DNA from: Cellvibrionales bacterium | Lineage (GTDB): Bacteria > Pseudomonadota > Gammaproteobacteria > Pseudomonadales > GM7GCV1 | NCBI GenBank assembly: GCA_014323765.1 | Contig: JACONM010000012.1 | Coordinates: forward strand, 12,814-76,813 | Length of the DNA stretch: 64,000 nucleotides | Reading direction: 5' to 3' | In this document: positions 45,276 to 52,754 of the stretch, piece by piece | Numbering within the stretch: position 1 is the first letter of the stretch | Layout: each line of letters begins with the position of its first letter | Made by a program: the position numbers and the translations under genes | Notes under the pieces: model-generated | What the model was told of the DNA's origin: nothing | Database searches by the model: none | What the model saw: the letters and a program-made list of their open reading frames with translations, nothing else

Positions 45276-46796
45276 TTAAATGGGGGTGTCGCAGACGACT
45301 AGCAGATCGATTTCCGGCTTTGAGCCATCGATGAGCAGTTCGATGCGCTGATCGCGGAAGCCGGCGCAGCGGCCGATGACCACGTAGCGACCGGGGTACA
45401 GGTTGAGGGCTTGCGCGGTGAGGGTACCCAGTTTGCCGACTCGGTAGATTTCGATCTCGGTTTGCTGGTCCGAGCGCAGCCTAACCACCACCGGGGTGCG
45501 CGCCCGCCGCAGGGTTTTCGCCAATTCTTCAATCTGCGCTGCCAACCGCGGGCCGCGCTCGCGCACCGCCTGCGCATCGGTCAGCACTTGGTTGGCGGCG
45601 CGCCAGGCGGGCTCGGCGTTCAGAGCCAGCGGTTCGGCTAGGATGGCTTGGATGCGATTATCCAGATTCAGCCGCGCTTCCGAGCGCAGTTGACCGAGAC
45701 GAGCGGCGGACAGGCTTGTATCGGCGGCCAGCAGGGCGGCGTAGGCATCGAGCGCGGCCTGCCAATTTTCATCTTGTTCCAGCCGCTGCGCACGGGTCAG
45801 CTTGCGCTCACGCTCGCCGCCGAGCTTTGCCGCCTCCACCTGCCGCAATGCCTCGGTCGCCGCCAGATCGTCCGGTTTCAGCCGGGCGGCGGCGGTGAAG
45901 GCGCGGGTGGATTCACGGTAGTTGCCGGCACTCAAAGCGGCAAAACCCGCCGACATTTGGGCGGTGAAATCGCGCTCGGTGATCGCCTGTTCGACCGCGG
46001 CCAGCCGGGCGGCGAGCGGCGGATAGGCGGCATCGAGGGTTTGCGCCTCCAGCAGGGCTTGGCGGGATTCTGGCAGGGTTTGCGGATCTGCTTGCAGGGC
46101 GGCACTGCGTTCCATCAGGGCGAGCACTTGGGGGCGCACTTCGGCGCGGGCTAGGGCGGTGTCGATGGCGGCATCGGCAGGAGCCAAGCGGTTGGCCAGC
46201 AACAACAGTTCGGTCGCTTGCTGCGGCTGATTTTGCGCCAGCCGCGCCAAGCCCTCGTCGTAATAACGTTGCGCCGTGGCGGGGATTTGCGCTTCCAGCT
46301 GCTGGGCCAATTCTAGGGCTTGGCGGTAAGCGGCGATGGATTCGGCAAACTGGCGTTCCTGGTAGGCGCGGTCGCCGGTGCTGGCCAATGTCGCCAGCTG
46401 CGCGATCTGTTCGGCGGCCCAGATGTCCGCCTGCGCTTTTTCCAGCCGCTGCTGGCTGGCCAGCAATTCGGCGAGCACCTGCTGGGCATCGCGCCTTGCT
46501 TTGAGTAGCTGGGAATCGGCCCAGGGGGATTCGCTCGGCGGGCGCAGGTTTGGACGCGGCGGTTCAGGTTGCGCACCTTCATGTTGCGTGACAGGTTGCG
46601 CGACTGAAGGGACGGGCGCGGGGCGATCTGGCTGCCAGAAAACCAGAATCAACGCCAGCAGAGCCAGGATGAGCAGCACCCCCAGCCCCCATTTTTTGGC
46701 ATTCGGCGGGCGTTGCGCAGTGGATGCGGTCGATCTGACCGCCCCCTGCGGGCTGAATTCGGCAGGCTCGATCTGCTGCCTGTGGCCGTCCTGCAT
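45276..46796 (-). CDS. Membrane-anchored TPR/helical-repeat protein with C-terminal PEGA-like domain
   Basis: TM (WGLGVLLILALLALILVFW), a long Ala/Leu/Gln-rich helical repeat region, and a C-terminal VVRLRSDQQTEIEIYRVGKLGT...LYPGRYVVIGRCAGFRDQRIELLI. Confidence 0.65.
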   Translation of the reverse strand: MQDGHRQQIEPAEFSPQGAVRSTASTAQRPPNAKKWGLGVLLILALLALILVFWQPDRPAPVPSVAQPVTQHEGAQPEPPRPNLRPPSESPWADSQLLKARRDAQQVLAELLASQQRLEKAQADIWAAEQIAQLATLASTGDRAYQERQFAESIAAYRQALELAQQLEAQIPATAQRYYDEGLARLAQNQPQQATELLLLANRLAPADAAIDTALARAEVRPQVLALMERSAALQADPQTLPESRQALLEAQTLDAAYPPLAARLAAVEQAITERDFTAQMSAGFAALSAGNYRESTRAFTAAARLKPDDLAATEALRQVEAAKLGGERERKLTRAQRLEQDENWQAALDAYAALLAADTSLSAARLGQLRSEARLNLDNRIQAILAEPLALNAEPAWRAANQVLTDAQAVRERGPRLAAQIEELAKTLRRARTPVVVRLRSDQQTEIEIYRVGKLGTLTAQALNLYPGRYVVIGRCAGFRDQRIELLIDGSKPEIDLLVVCDTPI

Positions 46797-46805
46797 CGGC
46801 GGGTT

Positions 46806-48041
46806 TTAGCGGCTGGCGGGCGGCAGGTTTGCGGTGTCTGGCCGCGGATAGCCGGTCTCGGCGTAGTACATATCTGCCAGCAGCACCCGCCATTGGGCGT
46901 ACTGATCGCGCACGGTGCCGGTCAGGGTGATGGTGCGATCTTGCAACTCCACCACGCTGGGGGCCAGTTCGGCCTCCAGCGACTCGCCCAACTCGCTCAA
47001 AGTGGCGATGTGCAGCTTGGCCTCCTCGCGCTGTTCAAAGCTGACGGAGATCTGCTCGCTGCCCGCCAGAATGCCGACCGTGCCCGCCGCCCGATAGTAT
47101 TCATTGCCCTCGACGGCCGCCGCGGTGCCGGCAATAATCGCCAGCCAGCCGATCAGTCGCCGCCGCCGCGCACTGTTTTCTAGGTCTTCGATAAGTTGAG
47201 TTTCCCGATAACTCTGCGCCCGCCACTCGCGGTAGGGGTCGTGCATATTGGCGGCGAAGCCTTGGTAATAATCCTGCAACAGGTCGACGAAAAGCTGGTC
47301 TCGCGACTGAATGGCCTGCACCCGCGCCAGCAGTGGGTCGCCAGCGGCAGGCAGGCGCACCAGCTGCGCTAGGCCCTCCTCATCGCGCTCGAGGTACTGA
47401 TCAAACGCCGCGGGCGAGAAGGATTGCGCAAACCGCATGGCACTGACCGCCCGCAGGGCTTCGCGCTGTGCCAATTCGGTGGCCTGCAGCTGGCGCAACA
47501 GGTCGTTGGCGATCTGGTTGTACATACTGCGAAACGGCTCGCGCTCGCGTTGGGTGAGGTCGTAGGCATATTTGCTGACCTGCTGCTGGTAATTTTGCTC
47601 CAGCCAGACACGCCCGGTCTGGTCCACTGCCCGCACCTGCAACGCGAGGGTTTCGCCGTCCGATTGCAGGATTTTGCCAGCCAGTTGTAAATCCATAATG
47701 ACCTGGTCATCCGGGGCAATGCGCACCGCCCCCCAAGCGTTGCTGGCTTGCAGCGATTCTTTCAGCCGCTGCGCCACCCAGATGGATTCGGCACTGCGCA
47801 CGGCGGCGAAGGTGGTCTCATCGTCTTCCGGTATGCCCTCCAGATCAGGGTCGAAAATCTCGATGGCGACATCCAGCAGGTACTGCTCCGGTGTGTCCAC
47901 CGCCAGCCGCTCGGCGGGCTGCTCATCGACGCTACGCACATCGTAACTGGCGCAACCACCGAGCAGCAGCAGGGCGCAAACTAGGGGGCGGAATGGCTTA
48001 GTGGGCATATTGGTGAAGGGCCTAGCAGGCAGATCGAACAT
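46806..48041 (-). CDS. Putative lipoprotein, unknown function
   Basis: LLLLGGCAS lipobox. 411 aa with a hydrophobic patch near the C-terminal third (LIGWLAIIAGTAAAV). 2 nt downstream of the preceding gene. Confidence 0.6.
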   Translation of the reverse strand: MFDLPARPFTNMPTKPFRPLVCALLLLGGCASYDVRSVDEQPAERLAVDTPEQYLLDVAIEIFDPDLEGIPEDDETTFAAVRSAESIWVAQRLKESLQASNAWGAVRIAPDDQVIMDLQLAGKILQSDGETLALQVRAVDQTGRVWLEQNYQQQVSKYAYDLTQREREPFRSMYNQIANDLLRQLQATELAQREALRAVSAMRFAQSFSPAAFDQYLERDEEGLAQLVRLPAAGDPLLARVQAIQSRDQLFVDLLQDYYQGFAANMHDPYREWRAQSYRETQLIEDLENSARRRRLIGWLAIIAGTAAAVEGNEYYRAAGTVGILAGSEQISVSFEQREEAKLHIATLSELGESLEAELAPSVVELQDRTITLTGTVRDQYAQWRVLLADMYYAETGYPRPDTANLPPASR

Positions 48042-48043
48042 CG

Positions 48044-49114
48044 CTATTTCTCGCCTTTGTAGCGTTTGTATTCTTCCCAGAGCAGGGCGCGTTGGGCCGG
48101 ATCCGGCTCGTTCAAAGCCGCCTCGCGAATCTGGCGGGCGACCACATCATCGTCCGGCGAAGGCGGCGGAATATCGGCGGACTCTAACCCAGCGGGGGCC
48201 GCTGCACCGTCTGCATTACCCCGATTAGATGGGGCACCATCAGTGGTGGCAGAAGAACCGGCACCGGTGCTGGACGACGGCAGGGCAGGGGGGCGACCCG
48301 CCGGCCCATCGTAGACGGCAAACTCGCCCACCCCAGCGACTTTGGCGATGCCCGCACCGCCCGCCTCCCCCGCACCGTCAGATTTAACCCGCACATTTTC
48401 CTGCTCGCGGAGAATTTGCGCATCAAAGGTGCCCAATGCCTCATCGAGGGTTCTTTCTAATTCTTCTAAGTCGACTTCCGCCCCCGTCCCTTGCCCGCCA
48501 TCGCCCCGCCCCGCCCCGGAACTCTGAGCCTGTCCCTCACCGCTCTGATCGGCACCATCGCCACGCCCGGCGGGAGACTCCCAAACCGGCAGATCTGCAC
48601 CATTTCCCACCGTCGCGGATTTCTGCCCGGCACCGCCCGCCGGCGCACCGCTGCCCGATGTGCCATTTGCTACGCCCCCGGCAGTCTCCCAAACGGGGCC
48701 ATCCGTCGCCGCTCCGCTGGTGGCGGCACCGTTACCGGAACTGCCCGCACCCGCTCTACCGCCAGCCGGCCCACCGGGCATGCCCGCCCCAGATCGTCCA
48801 ATGCCCACGCCCCCGACCTTCGGACCGCCACTCGCCCGGTCTACGCCGCCGCTACTTCCGGCTCCCGCATTACCGCGATTCGCACCGCCCGATTTGCCAT
48901 CGGTTCCCACGCCCACTCGACCGCCGGGAGTCGGCAGACCCGCACCGGGCAGGTTTGCCCCCGGAAGAGTCGCGCCAGGCAACCCTGCGCCCACCCCACC
49001 GCCCGCACCGGGGATGGACGAGCCGCTCTTCGCGCTAGTCTTCACACAGCCCGCCTGCAACATAGCCAGCGCGCAGACCACGCCGAAGAAAGCGGTGAAT
49101 TTGAACCTAGGCAC
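48044..49114 (-). CDS. Gly-rich low-complexity probable lipoprotein
   Basis: Signal ending AMLQAGC, about 200 aa of G/A/S/P-rich sequence (GAGLPGATLPGANLPGAGLP...), then an ordered acidic C-terminus (DDDVVARQIREAALNEPDPAQRALLWEEYKRYK). Confidence 0.6.
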   Translation of the reverse strand: MPRFKFTAFFGVVCALAMLQAGCVKTSAKSGSSIPGAGGGVGAGLPGATLPGANLPGAGLPTPGGRVGVGTDGKSGGANRGNAGAGSSGGVDRASGGPKVGGVGIGRSGAGMPGGPAGGRAGAGSSGNGAATSGAATDGPVWETAGGVANGTSGSGAPAGGAGQKSATVGNGADLPVWESPAGRGDGADQSGEGQAQSSGAGRGDGGQGTGAEVDLEELERTLDEALGTFDAQILREQENVRVKSDGAGEAGGAGIAKVAGVGEFAVYDGPAGRPPALPSSSTGAGSSATTDGAPSNRGNADGAAAPAGLESADIPPPSPDDDVVARQIREAALNEPDPAQRALLWEEYKRYKGEK

Positions 49115-49134
49115 AACAGCCTCCTATAAATCGG

Positions 49135-50358
49135 CTACAGATTGACGATAACGACCTGCTGCACCCCGACCCGCTCGACCAGCCGCCCATCGACGATCGC
49201 CGGGCGGTAAGTGGCCGAGCGAATAGTGCGCAGGGCGGTGCGGCGGGCGAGCTTGTTGGCACTCGCATCGGGCGCGATAAACACATTGCGGCTGACCCCG
49301 GCCGGGCTGACATCGAAGGTAGCCGCCACCGGCACCGTCGCGGTCGCCGGATCGACGAAGCCATATTCGTCGATCCGGAAATCCGGCAGCTGATGTGGAT
49401 TATCAAAAGAAAGCCGCAATAAATTGTTTTCATTAAGATTTTCCGCCAAATTCCAGGCTTGAAAATAAAGCTGTCGCGCCGCCTGCCGCCGATCGAACAG
49501 CTGCTCCCAATCGCCGTACAGCAAAGTAGCGCGCACCTGCTGCTCGATATCTCCAGTGGCGCGGGCGCGTTCCAGCCCCTGCCGCAACCGCTCCTTACCG
49601 CGCCGATACGACTGCGTAATAAGCCCCTCCAAGGCCAAAGCCTTGTTCTGGTCCGTCTCGCGCACCGACTCCTCGCCCGCCGCCCGTGACAGGCTGTAAT
49701 TGACCATACTCAGGGCGCGGTGCAAGGGATAATCGTAGCCCGACGAAGCCATCTCCAGAGCCTCGGTCAGGGCGGAATTGGCCGCCACCAAGTGCGCCAA
49801 CCCGTCCTTGTCCACTTCAAAATGATAAGCCGCCAGATGCCAGCGACCGATGCGCTCCAAGATCTCGCCCAAGTCCGCATCCGTAGCGCGCTCATTCTGC
49901 CGATGAACCCGCAGCATGGCCTCCAGATTCTGCCGCGCCCCCGCAGTGCGGATATTTTCGCTGTTGATCGCATACATAGCCTCCAACACGGGCAGCTGTC
50001 GCACCGAATCCAGCCCATGATTGATGCGCAACAGGTGCAGGGCCCGCCGATAGGCTTGCAAAGCCTCATCCGTCCGCCCAAGGGCATTGTAGGCGGTGGC
50101 CAGTTGCAAACTAAGCTCGCCAAACTGCGGGTCGTAGGCATCCGCCTGTTCGGCTAAGCGAGCCAGCTGACCCAGCAGCCGCTCACGATTGCTCACCGCC
50201 GCCTGAATCCGCCGCGCGTCCACCGCCCCGCCCCCATCGACCGCCGCCGGCTGGCCAAACAAAGGCATCGCCATCGCCCACAGAGCAAACAGCGCACCAA
50301 CAGGCAAGATCCCGCAACCCATCGGCGGAATTCGGCAAAGGAAAGCCAAGCGCACCAT
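49135..50358 (-). CDS. Secreted TPR-like protein with TonB_C-like C-terminal domain
   Basis: Signal peptide; TPR-like helices (LQLATAYNALGRTDEALQAYRRALHLL). C-terminal VAATFDVSPAGVSRNVFIAPDASANKLARRTALRTIRSATYRPAIVDGRLVE fits the TonB C-terminal pattern. Confidence 0.55.
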   Translation of the reverse strand: MVRLAFLCRIPPMGCGILPVGALFALWAMAMPLFGQPAAVDGGGAVDARRIQAAVSNRERLLGQLARLAEQADAYDPQFGELSLQLATAYNALGRTDEALQAYRRALHLLRINHGLDSVRQLPVLEAMYAINSENIRTAGARQNLEAMLRVHRQNERATDADLGEILERIGRWHLAAYHFEVDKDGLAHLVAANSALTEALEMASSGYDYPLHRALSMVNYSLSRAAGEESVRETDQNKALALEGLITQSYRRGKERLRQGLERARATGDIEQQVRATLLYGDWEQLFDRRQAARQLYFQAWNLAENLNENNLLRLSFDNPHQLPDFRIDEYGFVDPATATVPVAATFDVSPAGVSRNVFIAPDASANKLARRTALRTIRSATYRPAIVDGRLVERVGVQQVVIVNL

Positions 50359-50437
50359 AACCGCCTATTCTTATCGAAAAAGCCCCCCCATTGCCAGCAC
50401 TAGTTACACCCAAAAAAACACAATTTCCCCACCGCCC

Positions 50438-50468
50438 CCCTTGAAAAACCCACCGCCACCTACAAATA
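50438..50468 (+). promoter_or_regulatory. Possible sigma32 (heat-shock) promoter for the Hsp20 gene
   Basis: CCCTTGAA at 50438-50445 matches the sigma32 -35 element well. The downstream -10 candidate (CCTACAAATA, 50459-50468) matches CCCCATnTA only loosely. Confidence 0.3.
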
Positions 50469-50553
50469 GAGCGGCAGGGTGCTCACCCGAGGCCCGCTAA
50501 CCCGCCCGTCCACACGGAGGGCACAACCCATATCGCTTGAGGAGGATATGACC

Positions 50554-50997
50554 ATGAGGACTCTAGATTTAACCCCCCTATACCGCAGCGTTATCGGCGT
50601 CGACCGCATGGCGAACATGCTAAACAGTGCCGATTTCACCGAGGCGAACGGCTTCCCGCCCTACGATATAGAGGTGGTAGACGACAACCACTACCGCATC
50701 ACCCTGGCACTGGCCGGTTTCACCCTGGACGACCTCGAAATCGAACAGGAAAGCAACCGCCTAAAAATCGCCGGGCATCAGGGCGAAGGCGACGAAGACG
50801 CCGCAGCCGGCAACTACCTGTACAAGGGCATTGCCAAGCGCGACTTCGAACGCCGCTTCCAACTGGCCGACCACGTACAGGTCACCGGCGCAAACTTCGC
50901 CAACGGCCTGCTACAGATCGACCTAGTGCGCGAAATCCCGGAGGCGATGAAGCCCAAGCAAATCGCCATCAAAACCGCCGAGGTGATCGCCAACTAA
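50554..50997 (+). CDS. Hsp20/alpha-crystallin family small heat-shock protein (IbpA-like)
   Basis: Track ORF trimmed to ATG 50554, 8 nt after GAGGAGG. MRTLDLTPLYRSVIGVDRMANML...PPYDIEVVDDNHYRITLALAGF parallels the IbpA N-terminus. Confidence 0.88.
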   Translation: MRTLDLTPLYRSVIGVDRMANMLNSADFTEANGFPPYDIEVVDDNHYRITLALAGFTLDDLEIEQESNRLKIAGHQGEGDEDAAAGNYLYKGIAKRDFERRFQLADHVQVTGANFANGLLQIDLVREIPEAMKPKQIAIKTAEVIAN

Positions 50998-51036
50998 GCG
51001 GCAAAACCCCACCGGCCTCTCACGGGGCCACCAACC

Positions 51037-51066
51037 AGAAAGGTGCCGTTCGGCACCTTTCTTTTT
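51037..51066 (+). terminator. Rho-independent terminator
   Basis: AGAAAGGTGCC-GTTC-GGCACCTTTCT stem-loop followed by TTTT, 40 nt after the Hsp20 stop. Confidence 0.8.
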
Positions 51067-51160
51067 ACCGCATAAAACCCCACTGCCAAACAAAGCAAGC
51101 AAAAAAATAAAAAATGCTAAAGTGCGCAACTGCCCCAACCCAACTTCCATAAAACAAAAG

Positions 51161-51958
51161 ATGAAACACCGACTGACCGCAGCCCTAATCGCCCTCATTC
51201 ACCGGAAACCGCTACACTTTGCAGCAGCCAAAGGCAAAGCAAAAGCGATTAAGTTCCTGCTCAAAGACGGAGCCGACATTGAAGCCCGAGACGACAGCGA
51301 CCGGACACCGCTACAGGTTGCCACGAGCGAAGGCACCCCCGAAGCCATCCGCGCCCTGCTTGACGCAGGAGCCAACACTGAAGTACGAACAACCAAATAC
51401 GGCTGGACACCGCTATACCTTGCCATAAACCACGGCACCCCCGAAGCCATCCGCGCCCTGCTCGAGGCCGGAGCCAACATTGAGGCGCAAGACAAAGGCG
51501 GCTGGACACCGCTACACCTTGCCGCATTACTAGGCACTTCCGAAGCCATCCGCGCCCTGCTCGATGCCGGAGCCAACATTGAAGCACAAGATGAAAACGG
51601 CCAGACACCGCTACACGTCGCCGTACGCTGGGCACCCCCCACAACCATCTGCACCCTGCTTATCGAAAGCGGCTGGACTTCACTACGCCGTCTCGTACGC
51701 CACGGCACCCTCGAAGCTATCCGCACTCTACTCGAGGCCGAAGCCAACATTGAAGCTCGAGACGAAGACGGCGGCACCCCGTTACACCATGCCGCACAAT
51801 ACGGCACCCCCGAAACCATCCGCGCCCTGCTTGACGCAGGAGCCAACGCCAAAGCACAGACCAGAGACGACGAGTTTCCCGCCGACCTTGCGGAAAATAA
51901 CGAACACATCAAAAAAGATCCAATCTACCAGAAACTAAATGAAGCCCGGTTCGAATAA
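51161..51958 (+). CDS. Ankyrin-repeat protein (about 7 repeats)
   Basis: Track ORF trimmed to ATG 51161. Repeats of the form G(W)TPLH.A...GT.EAIRALLDAGANIEA.D, repeated at 99-102 nt with high nucleotide identity. Confidence 0.85.
   Translation: MKHRLTAALIALIHRKPLHFAAAKGKAKAIKFLLKDGADIEARDDSDRTPLQVATSEGTPEAIRALLDAGANTEVRTTKYGWTPLYLAINHGTPEAIRALLEAGANIEAQDKGGWTPLHLAALLGTSEAIRALLDAGANIEAQDENGQTPLHVAVRWAPPTTICTLLIESGWTSLRRLVRHGTLEAIRTLLEAEANIEARDEDGGTPLHHAAQYGTPETIRALLDAGANAKAQTRDDEFPADLAENNEHIKKDPIYQKLNEARFE
51332..51880. repeat. Tandem 99/102-nt coding repeats (ankyrin units) with long identical nucleotide blocks
   Basis: The block ggcacccccgaagccatccgcgccctgct recurs at 51332 and 51434, and with slight variation at 51533 and near 51800. 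Confidence 0.8.
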
Positions 51959-52017
51959 CAGCCACCGCGCCCCAACCCAAAAAACCAACCATAACCACCG
52001 ACCACCGCACCAAATAC

Positions 52018-52404
52018 CTACCCCAACCCCCCAAAATAAACACACCCACTAGTACAGGTCTCCCGCACCTCCACCTTACTAAGCCCGGCCAACACCGGCC
52101 GCAGCCGCTCCCAAATCCACACCGCCAAATTCTCACTGGTCGGATTCTCCAGCCCCTCCACCTCATTCAAATACCGATGATCCAACCGCTCAAACAACGG
52201 CTGAAACGCCGCCCCAATCTCATCAAAATCCATGATCCACCCCGTCGCATCCGGCTCCCCCGCCACAGTCACCCGCACCACAAACGAATGCCCGTGCAAC
52301 CGCGCACACTTGTGCCCAGCCGGCACATGCGGCAAGCGATGCGCCGCCTCAAAACGGAATTCCTTAAATATCTCCACGCGACCAGCCGCCCAAAACCCAA
52401 GCAA
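52018..52404 (-). CDS. queD: 6-carboxy-5,6,7,8-tetrahydropterin synthase
   Basis: [37 protein letters not shown]...MDFDEI. The true start may be the internal GTG at 52377. Confidence 0.88.
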   Translation of the reverse strand: MLGFWAAGRVEIFKEFRFEAAHRLPHVPAGHKCARLHGHSFVVRVTVAGEPDATGWIMDFDEIGAAFQPLFERLDHRYLNEVEGLENPTSENLAVWIWERLRPVLAGLSKVEVRETCTSGCVYFGGLG

Positions 52405-52466
52405 AACGGGCGGCGAATCCTACCCCCACCCCCCAACCATGTACAGAACGCCCACCACAAAAAGCA

Positions 52467-52494
52467 TTGACAGCACCGCCGCACCCGCTAAAAT
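52467..52494 (+). promoter_or_regulatory. Sigma70 promoter of the tRNA-Val/tRNA-Asp operon
   Basis: TTGACA (52467-52472), 16 nt, TAAAAT (52489-52494), 16 nt upstream of tRNA-Val. Confidence 0.6.
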
Positions 52495-52509
52495 GCGCCC
52501 TCCTCTGAG

Positions 52510-52585
52510 GGGTGGTTAGCTCAGCTGGTAGAGCATCGCCCTTACAAGGCGAGGGTCACTGGTTCGACTCCAGTACCACCCACCA
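52510..52585 (+). tRNA. tRNA-Val (anticodon TAC)
   Basis: GGGTGGTTAGCTCAGCTGGTAGAGCATCGCCCTTACAAGGCGAGGGTCACTGGTTCGACTCCAGTACCACCCACCA. Anticodon loop CTTACAA. Confidence 0.95.
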
Positions 52586-52600
52586 GTGTCGCAAGGCCGC

Positions 52601-52677
52601 GGACCGGTAGTTCAGTTGGTTAGAATGCCGGCCTGTCACGCCGGAGGTCGCGGGTTCGAGTCCCGTCCGGTCCGCCA
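52601..52677 (+). tRNA. tRNA-Asp (anticodon GTC)
   Basis: GGACCGGTAGTTCAGTTGGTTAGAATGCCGGCCTGTCACGCCGGAGGTCGCGGGTTCGAGTCCCGTCCGGTCCGCCA. Anticodon loop CTGTCAC. Confidence 0.95.
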
Positions 52678-52754
52678 TCCCTTCCGCCATCCCCGCCAAA
52701 CCCCGCTCTGCCAATTTCCCACCGCCAATTTGCCTTAGAAAAAAGATTAATAAA

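Noticed and set aside
48436-49145. Three overlapping plus-strand ORFs (200, 212 and 161 aa), Pro/Arg-rich
   Set aside because: They are the antisense reading of the Gly-rich lipoprotein gene (GGN codons read as NCC, giving Pro). They have no start context and no independent support.
50370-50400. Possible sigma54 (-24/-12) element TGGCA-N-GGC on the minus strand upstream of the cluster
   Set aside because: The GG-GC spacing is off by one and the -12 TTGCA element is missing. No enhancer-binding protein gene is nearby.
51332-51880. Regular periodicity of about 99 nt that could suggest a CRISPR-like or satellite array
   Set aside because: The units are contiguous without spacers, stay in one open reading frame and encode ankyrin repeats. 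No CRISPR array was seen anywhere in the window.
51199-51912. 237-aa minus-strand ORF, plus other ORFs overlapping the ankyrin gene
   Set aside because: Antisense or off-frame readings of the repetitive ankyrin coding sequence. The plus-strand frame gives canonical ANK repeats.
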